From a virus: 41,221 nucleotides of DNA. Within the stretch, counting starts at the first letter, position 1, and each line of letters opens with the position of its first letter. Made by a program: the position numbers and the translations under genes. The notes beneath the pieces are model-generated. The model searched no databases, was not told where the DNA came from, and worked only from the letters and a program-made list of their open reading frames with translations. The stretch lies in the IMG/VR virus record IMGVR_UViG_3300031228_000002, positions 1-41,221 of that record. One strand, written 5' to 3'. Below, one piece after another: positions 16,063-23,958 of the stretch.

Positions 16063-16614
16063 TCACCTCGTTCCGGGGAGTGCGCGCGCCATAGCTTCGA
16101 GGTCCTCCGCGCTCATTCCCATATCGTCCCAGGCGGCCCCCGGGTCGTTTCCGTCCAGTGGGACGTCAAGCTGAGCGTCCAATTTGAACCGGTCTTCTGC
16201 GGAGGCGTTACGGGTGAGGATTGCGTATGTGGCTGCGCACCACTGGACCAATGTCACGTCCTGCGGTCGGACTCCGGCCAGCGTGAGTTGCCCCAGGAGC
16301 GTCGGGGAAAACGCCGCCACGGCGAGCCGGTACCCGATCCACCAGCGCTCATATCCGGTGATCTGGGCCAGCAGCGAATACGACGCGGGGGAGAGGTCGC
16401 GCACGCGTACCTCCCCGTCCAGCATTGCGTCTTGCACCCGCCACCTCTGCTCGCTGTCCAGGGCCGCGAGGAAGAGCCCGTCCACGGGGGTCACTTCCAA
16501 CACCTCCAGCCAGTCGGCAGCACTGCGATACGGGACTTCGTACAGTCGGCCGCCCAGCGTGAAGGGAAGCGGCGACCGGGAGAACGGCCGGCGGAGTACC
16601 TGGTCGTCAGACAC
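16063..16614 (-). CDS. Tail assembly chaperone, second ORF (183 aa)
   Basis: GTG start overlaps the upstream stop by 8 nt. Position immediately before the tape measure gene. Confidence 0.55.
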   Translation of the reverse strand: MSDDQVLRRPFSRSPLPFTLGGRLYEVPYRSAADWLEVLEVTPVDGLFLAALDSEQRWRVQDAMLDGEVRVRDLSPASYSLLAQITGYERWWIGYRLAVAAFSPTLLGQLTLAGVRPQDVTLVQWCAATYAILTRNASAEDRFKLDAQLDVPLDGNDPGAAWDDMGMSAEDLEAMARALPGTR

Positions 16615-16909
16615 TCTGCTTCGAGACGTCGGAGACGGTCATCTTCAACAGGGTCGGAACCGCCTCTCCGATGTCCGCGAAGGTGACCTCTCCGCTCATC
16701 CACCGGTCGCTCAGCGAATCCCAGGCAGCCCGGCCCAGGGATGTTTCCACGATGCGGCACAGGGTTTTGACGCTGCGCATAAGGTCGTCGCCCTTGGCGC
16801 GCAGCGTGGCCATGATGACTACGTGCTCTTCGGGGAGGGGGGCCGCGTCGTATTCGACGCCACCAATGGTGATCTTGTACGGGCGCTCTGTGTTGTCCAT
16901 AACGCTCAC
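16607..16909 (-). CDS. Tail assembly chaperone (100 aa)
   Basis: GTG 16909 follows GAGGAA. Size and position are typical of gpG-like chaperones. Confidence 0.6.
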   Translation of the reverse strand: MSVMDNTERPYKITIGGVEYDAAPLPEEHVVIMATLRAKGDDLMRSVKTLCRIVETSLGRAAWDSLSDRWMSGEVTFADIGEAVPTLLKMTVSDVSKQSV

Positions 16910-16910
16910 C

Positions 16911-17318
16911 CTATTCCTCGTGAATTCGGTAGCCCCGCGGGCGTGCGATTTCCTCCAACGCCCGGTCCAGGAAAGGGCGTGCTTTGGTCCCCGGGTGGTT
17001 TACGACGCGGGCGTAGACGATGCGCCCGTTCATCCGGAACCGGAGCGCCTTGGCCCGGCGCGGCCGGATGATGTGCGGCCTGGTGCCGTCGTTGACGAAC
17101 CCGGCGTAGGCCACGTTCGAGTACACGGTGATCCTCGGGCGCAGCGTGAAGAACCCGGTCCGCTTCGACTTGATCGACGCACGCAGCCGGCCGGTGTCAA
17201 CCGGAGCGAGGATCTTCGCCCGGTTCACCACCTGCCGTTCCGCCACCCTCAGTTCCCGCCGGCTCGCTTCGCTGAAGGTCCTCGTCAGCGCTGCCCGGTC
17301 CAGGTTCAGTCTGGCCAT
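16911..17318 (-). CDS. HK97 gp10-family head-tail joining protein (135 aa)
   Basis: AKILAPVDTGRLRASIKS ... YAGFVNDGT ... ARPFLDRALEE matches the gp10 family pattern. RBS GGGAGGTG. Confidence 0.75.
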   Translation of the reverse strand: MARLNLDRAALTRTFSEASRRELRVAERQVVNRAKILAPVDTGRLRASIKSKRTGFFTLRPRITVYSNVAYAGFVNDGTRPHIIRPRRAKALRFRMNGRIVYARVVNHPGTKARPFLDRALEEIARPRGYRIHEE

Positions 17319-17460
17319 CGTTCACCTCCCTCAGCAGTCCGGCGCGGATGAATCCCTGCGTCTGCTCGTCCCGTTCCGTGGTGAACTGCTCGCCCCGGTA
17401 GAGGGAGCCGAAGGAACGCGTCACCCGCACGGTGACGAGCTGGCTCTTTCGTCGCGCCAT
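17197..17460 (-). CDS. Small head-tail connector-region protein (87 aa), 3' end overlaps next gene by 122 nt
   Basis: ORF track. The N-terminal ~45 codons have high GC3. The overlapping tail has low GC3. Confidence 0.45.
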   Translation of the reverse strand: MARRKSQLVTVRVTRSFGSLYRGEQFTTERDEQTQGFIRAGLLREVNDGQTEPGPGSADEDLQRSEPAGTEGGGTAGGEPGEDPRSG

Positions 17461-17461
17461 G

Positions 17462-17977
17462 TCAGCCTCCGGGACTGCATCCGCAGTCGGTTTCGATGAT
17501 CACTTGCATGGTGCCGCCGATGCAGTTGCCGTCCGGGCCGACCGGCTCGTACACACCTGCGCGCGCGGGGAAGCCACCCTGCTGGGACAGGCCGGGCCAC
17601 GCGCAGCACAGCGCGTCATCCATGGCGTGGTGGTCCTCGTCCGCCTGAACCGCCAGCTCGTCCCACTGCGCCGCGGTGGGCGGCGCGGAGACGGTGCCCC
17701 ACGGCAGGCAGCGGATCACGCCCATCTCCAGCGTCACGACGCGGGACGCGGACAGGCAGCGGGCCTGAAGATCCTCCCGGGTGAACCGGCCCTCGACAGA
17801 GACGATCCGCACCCAGGCGAGACCGGTGCAGCACTCGTCCGTGTCCGTGCCCAGCGACGGGATCACCTCGGTCCCGTGGCGCAGCGAGATGACCCCCGGC
17901 ACCTCCGGCCGGGCGGTCAGCGCCGTACGGAAGCATTCGAGGAGCGACACCGCATGCTCCATGGCCCGGGTGCTCAT
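17462..17977 (-). CDS. Cys-rich head-tail connector-region protein (171 aa)
   Basis: ATG 17977 is in an ATGA overlap. The 289-aa track ORF start was rejected. Confidence 0.6.
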   Translation of the reverse strand: MSTRAMEHAVSLLECFRTALTARPEVPGVISLRHGTEVIPSLGTDTDECCTGLAWVRIVSVEGRFTREDLQARCLSASRVVTLEMGVIRCLPWGTVSAPPTAAQWDELAVQADEDHHAMDDALCCAWPGLSQQGGFPARAGVYEPVGPDGNCIGGTMQVIIETDCGCSPGG

Positions 17978-18768
17978 GAGGTGAACCTCGGCTGTCTGAT
18001 GTCCGGGGAGTAGACGCGCGGGCGCGAGGCGAGACGCTGCGGGTTCACGGACCGGATCCACAGGTCCACGTCCGCCACCCCGGTCAGCCCCTCCTCGAGG
18101 AAGCTGACCGGGTCGACCATCTCCACCTGAACCCCGTTGCGGGACAGCGATTGGAGCTGCCCGGGGAGTTGGCAGTCCCCGGCCCCGGTGCAGGCCTTGG
18201 CGAACTCGCACGCGAGACGGCCGGCCGCCAGCTCGCCGGCCGCCGGGAGTTCCTCGCCCGGCCGGTAGGTGACCGCGAACGCACCCACCGCGTCGTTGGC
18301 GAGGTCCATGTCCTGGCACTCGGGCCAGCACTCCCCGTCGATACGTACAAGGATCCGGCCGTTGTCGACCCGGTACGCGGACGAATCCAGGATCACCCCG
18401 TCGACCATGACCTCATCGACGCCGGCGGCCGGGGTGGGGAGCGGCACCTCGCACGACGCCCGGCAGGTGCACGAGCCTGCGCAGCCGCAGTTCCGCCACG
18501 TGCCCGTCCCGTCCACGTACGGGACCATCCACGCGCCCCACACAGCGGTCGCGGAAGGGGAGCCGACGGGGTAGGTCATGTAGCCGCCCCACGACTGGCA
18601 CCGCTGCCCGCACGGCCGCACCGTGACGGGGCACTGCGAGAACCGGCGGCCGGTGAGCGCGTCCAGAATCCCGGTCGCCCAGTCGGTCGCCGCCGTCTGG
18701 ACCGCCGGATCGTAGGTGTCCCAGTCTGGACAGCACCCGGTGTCGAGCGGCCATTCGCACGGCGCCAC
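17974..18768 (-). CDS. Head-to-tail adaptor-like protein, Cys-rich (264 aa)
   Basis: GTG follows AGGAAAGGGG. N-terminus APCEWPLDTGCCPDW resembles actinophage adaptors (recalled from memory). Confidence 0.55.
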   Translation of the reverse strand: MAPCEWPLDTGCCPDWDTYDPAVQTAATDWATGILDALTGRRFSQCPVTVRPCGQRCQSWGGYMTYPVGSPSATAVWGAWMVPYVDGTGTWRNCGCAGSCTCRASCEVPLPTPAAGVDEVMVDGVILDSSAYRVDNGRILVRIDGECWPECQDMDLANDAVGAFAVTYRPGEELPAAGELAAGRLACEFAKACTGAGDCQLPGQLQSLSRNGVQVEMVDPVSFLEEGLTGVADVDLWIRSVNPQRLASRPRVYSPDIRQPRFTS

Positions 18769-18834
18769 GGCGTCCCCTTTCCTGTGAGACGGGCCCCCGA
18801 CCGGGTGGGGTGGGGTCAGGGGCCCGCGTCCTGA

Positions 18835-19533
18835 CTAGACCGGAGTGGGCAGGTCCACACAGCCGCAAGCGGCCTCAGGCAGCGGCGCACTGGAGATCTC
18901 GAAGTGCTGGTGCTGCGTCGCCGTGATCGCCGTGTTGAGCGGTTCCAGCGTCGCCGGAGTCGTCGCGTCCCGGCGGACGTCGTACGGGCCGACACCCCAC
19001 TGCGACCCGGCGAACGTCCGGGCGTTGATGGTCACGGTGAGCGCCCCGTTCTGGACGACCTGCTCACCGAACTGGCCCTGCCCGACGAAGGGCCAGAGCC
19101 AGTACCCGTACTGCTCGAACCCCTCCGAGTCACATGCCTGGCCGGGGATGCCCGACCACAGCTCCATGGCGAACTTGCCGGTGCCGGTCACGGCGGAGTC
19201 GATGCGGTAGCCGACCGCCTCCGGGGTGGCGGCGTCGTTCATGACCAGCGGATCACCGGTCAAGAAGTTGACCAGGTCCGGGTCGACCTGGCACAGCACG
19301 ATCGACTGGCTGATCCACCGCAGCGCCGGGTCGGACTGGTCATCGATACAGAGCCGGCCGTTCGCATCCGGCTGCTGAATCTCCTCCGGGTCCTGATAGT
19401 TCGGCGTGCTGGTCACGGACACGTACCCCGTGGTGACGAGCGTCGAGCACTCGTCGAAGATCGGGGCACCGCACTCGTCCAGGCGAGTGAAGCGCGCGAT
19501 CCGGCCACGGGCCATTGAGGCGCACTGCGTCAT
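18835..19533 (-). CDS. Candidate major tail (tube) protein (232 aa)
   Basis: Called by elimination, because no tube gene lies between the gp10-like gene and the chaperones. It has a beta-rich pattern and is followed by a hairpin and a 66-nt gap. Confidence 0.4.
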   Translation of the reverse strand: MTQCASMARGRIARFTRLDECGAPIFDECSTLVTTGYVSVTSTPNYQDPEEIQQPDANGRLCIDDQSDPALRWISQSIVLCQVDPDLVNFLTGDPLVMNDAATPEAVGYRIDSAVTGTGKFAMELWSGIPGQACDSEGFEQYGYWLWPFVGQGQFGEQVVQNGALTVTINARTFAGSQWGVGPYDVRRDATTPATLEPLNTAITATQHQHFEISSAPLPEAACGCVDLPTPV

Positions 19534-19748
19534 GCGTCATCACCCTTCTGAGACTTGGAGCGGCGCGACCGGCCGCCGGTGTACTTGCGTGCCACGTCCG
19601 GGTGGACGAGGAAGGCGCGACCGCCCCGGATCGTGCGGACGTGATGCTTGTTCTCGCCGGCGTAGCGGGTCAGGAGCTCCGCCACCGCTTGTAGCGACTC
19701 GTCCGGGCCGGGAACGACTTCCGACCAGCCCTCGTAAAAGTTGCTCAT
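19530..19748 (-). CDS. Hypothetical structural-module protein with basic C-terminal tail (72 aa)
   Basis: ORF track. ATGA overlap with the next gene. GC3 is high. Confidence 0.6.
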   Translation of the reverse strand: MSNFYEGWSEVVPGPDESLQAVAELLTRYAGENKHHVRTIRGGRAFLVHPDVARKYTGGRSRRSKSQKGDDA

Positions 19749-19749
19749 G

Positions 19750-20634
19750 TCAGACCGCCGGGGTGATGTCGACGACCGCCGGAGCGGCCAGGGGGATCTC
19801 TATCGCGTGGACCACGGGGCAGGTCCACGTATGCGCGTACACCCGCTCCGCGAGGCCCATGTACTGGTTGAACGTCCGGTCCAGCGCTGAGCGCAGGTCG
19901 TCCTGCGCGATGATCCCGGACCGGCGGACCCACACCGGGGGCGTCATGAACGCCCACGCGCTCCCGGCTGCGGGGGCGACCCCCGCAGGGCCGGTGATGC
20001 CGTACCCGGCACCGAACGACCAGCGGGAGCCCAGCGGCGTCACGAGCGTGCCGGGGGACGGGGAGGCGGAGTCGGCCACGGTGACCAGCCCCGCGTACCG
20101 GGCGGCCGCGTACGCGGACGTGTTGACGTGGATGGTGCCCACGTACCCGTACTCCGAGTAGAACGACTCCTCCAGAGCGGCGATCGCAGCCCCCGCGCCA
20201 GCGACCGCCGGAACCACCGTGGTCACACCGGCTGTTCCGGTCAGGGACGGGTCGACCGCAGGTGCGGTGCCGCCCCACAGGGCCGCCTCTACCTGCGTCT
20301 GCTCGCCTCCGAGGAGACGGGAGCGGACGGAGCCGGACAGCTCTGCTTCCGTCCGGCCGACGATGCCGCACTGCCGAGTCGAGTACACCCAGTACGGCAC
20401 GGCCTCCATGAACGGCAGACCCTCGTCGAAGGTCTTCTCCGTCGCTTCAGCCGGGTCGCACAGCGCGTCGTACAGCCGGGACACGCCGCAGTCTGCGGCC
20501 GGGATCTGGAAGCCGGAGGCGATCTCCCGCTCGCCCAGGTCCTCCGTGAGCGTGGCCGCCCGGAACAGCCCGTAGCGGAGCGGCCCCGGCGGGGGTGCCT
20601 GCGCGAGCTGCGCGTTGTCGATGATCCGTGCCAT
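19750..20634 (-). CDS. HK97-fold capsid protein without delta domain (294 aa)
   Basis: The pattern can be aligned by eye to HK97 gp5: LSGSVRSRLLGGEQTQVEAALWGG; AIAALEESFYSEYGYVGTIHVNTSAY; GSAWAFMTPPVWVRR...LDRTFNQYMGLAERVYAHTW. Confidence 0.6.
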   Translation of the reverse strand: MARIIDNAQLAQAPPPGPLRYGLFRAATLTEDLGEREIASGFQIPAADCGVSRLYDALCDPAEATEKTFDEGLPFMEAVPYWVYSTRQCGIVGRTEAELSGSVRSRLLGGEQTQVEAALWGGTAPAVDPSLTGTAGVTTVVPAVAGAGAAIAALEESFYSEYGYVGTIHVNTSAYAAARYAGLVTVADSASPSPGTLVTPLGSRWSFGAGYGITGPAGVAPAAGSAWAFMTPPVWVRRSGIIAQDDLRSALDRTFNQYMGLAERVYAHTWTCPVVHAIEIPLAAPAVVDITPAV

Positions 20635-20654
20635 GCCCCCTCCCTTCTGTGGAG

Positions 20655-20689
20655 GGGCCCGCGCGCGCGGGGGACGTGCGCGCGGGCCC
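20655..20689 (-). terminator. Strong hairpin after the 606-aa capsid gene
   Basis: Perfect 12-bp stem gggcccgcgcgc / gcgcgcgggccc with an 11-nt loop. It sits between the stop at 20704 and the RBS GAAGGGAGGGGG of the next gene. Confidence 0.5.
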
Positions 20690-20703
20690 GTTCAGAAAGG
20701 GGG

Positions 20704-22524
20704 TTACGGGGCCGGGGCGGTGCAGGACAGGTTCGCCGCGCCGGTGACGCCCATGTTGCAGATGTCCGTGAGGGTGTAGAGCCGCTGGCCCTGGCACGGG
20801 AACAGCGTGGTGAAGCCCTCCTCCGCGAACAGGCTCGTGAACAGGTTCTGCTGCAGCGAGGCGGCGTCGTACACGTTGGTCAGCGTGACCACGTCCTGCC
20901 GGCCGACGACGACGGACCCGGCCGGGTAGGACAGGAAGCTGACGTCGTTCGGCAGCGCGGTCAGGTACGGCGGGGTGATGATGCCGCCCGGCTCCGTCGG
21001 GTCCAGCGCGCCACCGGTGATGAGACCGTCCTGCCACCCGCGCACGAACTGCACGCGCACGTTGCGGACGGAGAACATGCTGGCGATCTCCGCGTCGGTG
21101 ACGCTCAGCATATCGACGCCGTTGCGGCGGGAGAGGTCCGCGCGCATCTGCGCGAGGATCCACCACGGGTAGACGATCTCCACAGTCGAGTTCGGGTCCA
21201 TCATGAACTCGGCCCGGGTGTCCACGGCCGCCAGCTCTGCGGCGGCGAGGATGGCCGACGTGAAGCTGTCCGGCCCGGACGCGGGCGCGGGGATCGCGGT
21301 GGCTGCTCCGGCGCGGGCGATGATGTCGGCGATGATCCGGCGGTTCATCTCCTGCTCGAAGATGGCCAGCAAACCGTCGGTCCAGGCGTTGACGACCTCC
21401 GGGTACCCCTTGGCCTGGAGGAAGCTGACCCGAATGCAGAGGGCCATGACGTCGAGGCGTGCCTCTTCGAACTCCGGGCACGGCAGCTCGATGCACGTCT
21501 TCGGCGTGTCGGCGATGACGTCGGCCTCGGTGAGGAACGTGATGCCCGCAGACAGAGCTGCGGCATACATCGCCTGGAAGTTGATCTCATCGGTGTAGTT
21601 GACGCCACCGCGGCTGAGCGTGATGGACGGCAGGTCGAGGATGCCGACGCCCGCGGACCACTGGCGGCAGAGGTCGTAGTCGTTTTCGGAGGGGGCGCAC
21701 CATCCGGCGGCGGCGGTGAGGCTGGCCGTGCCGGCGTCGAGGTTGGCCTGCCACGTCTTGGCGAGGTTGCCGCCGTGGAGCCGGGTCTCATCGCGGGCGT
21801 AGGCGAGGACGGCCGGCCCGTTGCGCGGGTCGTCCACGACGAGGCGCTCGTCGCGGGTGCGGTGGAACTGCGCGATGGCGTGCCGGGCGCCCTTGCCGCC
21901 GCCGACCCGGCCGTACTGCGCGGCCGACGCGGTGAGCGCCTGGGAGATCTCGGTCAGGCCGTCGAACTCCTGGCCCGGCCGCTTGTCGACGTGTCCGGCG
22001 GCGTCGGTGGAGACGAACGCCCGGATGGTGGTTCCCTGCGCCCGCTGCGGGGTCTGTGCCGCCATGTCGGAGACGGAGGGGACGACCGGGGTGGACACGG
22101 TCTCGGTGGACGCCTGAACGCTGGTCGGCTCCACAACGGCCGCCGGTGGGGCGGCGGCAGGCTCCGGGGCCGCCGCGGGCGCCGGTGCGGCGGCGGGCTC
22201 GGGGAGCGGCTGGAGCGCGGCGAACGCGTCACGAGACGCCTGGGCGGTAGCGGCGGCCTCGGCACGGGCCTGGATCTCGTTCTGAATGGGCGCGATGCGA
22301 GCGGCGAGCTCCACCAGTTCCGCGAGCTGCTCGGGCTCGGGAGCCTCGATGGCAGAAAGTTCGTTGCCTCGGGTGCGGATGCGCTCGTGCTCGGCTGCCA
22401 GGGCGCCGTCGTCGAGCGCGGTCGGGTCGAACGGGGCGGGCTCGTTGCTGTCGAACTGGGCGACGGCACGAAGGGTCAGGGCGTCCCGGCGCGCCTGGGC
22501 GTTGCGGAGGATACGGCGGGGCAT
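20704..22524 (-). CDS. Capsid protein: coiled-coil scaffold/delta-like N-domain, Pro/Ala linker and HK97-like C-domain (606 aa)
   Basis: ATG 22524 follows GGGAGAA. C-terminus SFLSYPAGSVVVGRQDVVTLTNVYDAASLQQNLFTSLFAEEGFTTLF resembles the HK97 gp5 C-terminus. N-terminal ~190 aa are helical and PA-rich. Confidence 0.6.
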   Translation of the reverse strand: MPRRILRNAQARRDALTLRAVAQFDSNEPAPFDPTALDDGALAAEHERIRTRGNELSAIEAPEPEQLAELVELAARIAPIQNEIQARAEAAATAQASRDAFAALQPLPEPAAAPAPAAAPEPAAAPPAAVVEPTSVQASTETVSTPVVPSVSDMAAQTPQRAQGTTIRAFVSTDAAGHVDKRPGQEFDGLTEISQALTASAAQYGRVGGGKGARHAIAQFHRTRDERLVVDDPRNGPAVLAYARDETRLHGGNLAKTWQANLDAGTASLTAAAGWCAPSENDYDLCRQWSAGVGILDLPSITLSRGGVNYTDEINFQAMYAAALSAGITFLTEADVIADTPKTCIELPCPEFEEARLDVMALCIRVSFLQAKGYPEVVNAWTDGLLAIFEQEMNRRIIADIIARAGAATAIPAPASGPDSFTSAILAAAELAAVDTRAEFMMDPNSTVEIVYPWWILAQMRADLSRRNGVDMLSVTDAEIASMFSVRNVRVQFVRGWQDGLITGGALDPTEPGGIITPPYLTALPNDVSFLSYPAGSVVVGRQDVVTLTNVYDAASLQQNLFTSLFAEEGFTTLFPCQGQRLYTLTDICNMGVTGAANLSCTAPAP

Positions 22525-22638
22525 GGGTTCTCCCACGGCTCGATACGGACGGAATGATCACGTCACATCGATTGAGCCGGCCCGCAGCCAAGCGCCCGAT
22601 CATGCGGCACAGTCAGGATACGCCCGCGTCGAACGGGC

Positions 22639-22782
22639 CTACTTTTCGGCGGTGCGGGTGCCGCCCTTCTTCATGACCAACAGCTTGGACGCGCCCTCGC
22701 TCAGACCCGTGACCCGCTCACCGCCCGTGGTGACGACGGTGTACGTCTGCCGGGCGTTGCCCTTCCCGCATGCGCAAGGCAT
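22639..22782 (-). CDS. Small Cys-motif protein (47 aa)
   Basis: Not in the track. GGAGG lies 8 nt upstream. Sequence MPCACGKGNARQTYTVVTTGGERVTGLSEGASKLLVMKKGGTRTAEK. GC3 is very high. Confidence 0.55.
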   Translation of the reverse strand: MPCACGKGNARQTYTVVTTGGERVTGLSEGASKLLVMKKGGTRTAEK

Positions 22783-22785
22783 CGC

Positions 22786-23958
22786 TCATACCTCCAGTGC
22801 CGAAGTCGCCCACGACCACCGTGCGCGCGCTGTCTCATGATCGTAGGAGACCTGTGCCGGCTCCTCCGTCCCCTCCACCGGCGTGATGCCGAACGAGCCG
22901 ATGAACGTCCGCTGCGCCCCGCCCGAGAACGCCACACGCGCCCGAGGGACAGGGAAGCCGGGGGCGTTGACGCTGCACACCGCGATCAGCTCCAGCGCCC
23001 CGCCCACACGCCGCCAGTCACCCGACACCGGGGACGACCGGAACACCTCCACCGCCTCCGCCGTAGCCCCGGGCAGCATCCACCCGGACACCCAGATCCC
23101 GTACTCGTCCTCCCCGGCCACCACGCGGGCCACCGCGGCGGCCGGGTCGTCGTAGTGCTGCGCCGCGGCCTGGAACGCCAGGCGCGCGTCGGCGTGCCGG
23201 GGCCCGGCCACCAGCGTCCCGACCGGCACGGGGCCGCCTGTCGTCTGCTGCTCCCCGGTGTGGAAGTAGGCGTAGTTCGACAGCGACGCGGGGGCCGTGA
23301 CGCAACCAGGGAGCCCGATGTGGCACTGGCCCCACGGGGCGATGTGCCCGAACACGCGGCCGTCCTCCGTCACCGTGAGAGGCGTCACCCGGTCCAACTT
23401 CGGATCGGTGAACCACGTGAGCGGCGGCAGGACGGAGGTAGCGGGGGGAGCCGACGCGGTGAGGGCAAAGGCCGTCAGCGAGGTGCTGTACTCGTCCCAG
23501 TCGGCGTACCCGTCCGGCGCCACCGCGTCCGCCATCGGATCGGCAGGCTGCGGGTCCAGCGTCAGGGACACGTCCGCGAACGCAGGCACCGCGACCAGCG
23601 TCGCCCCGGCCACGCGCCACTGCGTGAGGACGATCCGCTCGTCCTCGTCCATGACGTACTCGATGTCGTCCAGGTCGACGGACGGGCCGATGACGCCGGC
23701 CTCCAACTGCTCGATGACGCCCGAGGACCATTCGGCGGAGTCGAGCATCGAGCCGGTGGCGAGGACCATGCCGTCGGCGAACCGGATGGTCTCGATGCGG
23801 CCGACGACGATTGACCCGCCGTGTCCGTCGTCGCTGCGTTCCTGGAACGCGAGCGGCAGGGGCAGGCTGCGGGATGCGGCCCCGGCGGGGTCGAGGATCC
23901 GTCCGTCGCCGGTCGGCACGCCCATGCGGGCCAGCACGGCGCTCCAAGTCCTAGGCAT
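22786..23958 (-). CDS. Capsid maturation (prohead) protease (390 aa)
   Basis: ATG 23958 follows AAGGAGAA. Position between the MuF-like and capsid genes. The N-terminal half resembles actinophage prohead proteases. Confidence 0.65.
   Translation of the reverse strand: MPRTWSAVLARMGVPTGDGRILDPAGAASRSLPLPLAFQERSDDGHGGSIVVGRIETIRFADGMVLATGSMLDSAEWSSGVIEQLEAGVIGPSVDLDDIEYVMDEDERIVLTQWRVAGATLVAVPAFADVSLTLDPQPADPMADAVAPDGYADWDEYSTSLTAFALTASAPPATSVLPPLTWFTDPKLDRVTPLTVTEDGRVFGHIAPWGQCHIGLPGCVTAPASLSNYAYFHTGEQQTTGGPVPVGTLVAGPRHADARLAFQAAAQHYDDPAAAVARVVAGEDEYGIWVSGWMLPGATAEAVEVFRSSPVSGDWRRVGGALELIAVCSVNAPGFPVPRARVAFSGGAQRTFIGSFGITPVEGTEEPAQVSYDHETARARWSWATSALEV

Noticed and set aside
16600-16645. Programmed -1 frameshift joining the two tail assembly chaperone ORFs
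   Set aside because: The second ORF is in the +1 (not -1) frame relative to the first. Its frame is open for only about 9 codons upstream of its own GTG. No slippery heptamer is visible in the overlap. Independent initiation, or an unusual +1/-2 shift, cannot be distinguished from sequence alone.
20128-22557. 809-aa plus-strand ORF (and similar long plus-strand ORFs at 768-2042, 9100-10485, 25059-26276, 27084-28850, 39557-40507)
   Set aside because: They run antisense to well-supported minus-strand structural or early genes. Their translations are Arg/Gly/Pro/Asp-rich low-complexity sequence, typical of open antisense frames in very high-GC DNA. They have no RBS or coupling signals.
22701-22937. 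78-aa minus-strand ORF overlapping the protease 3' end
   Set aside because: It is out of frame with the protease, has an Arg-rich translation and no RBS. The 47-codon ORF at 22639-22782 explains the coding signal better.
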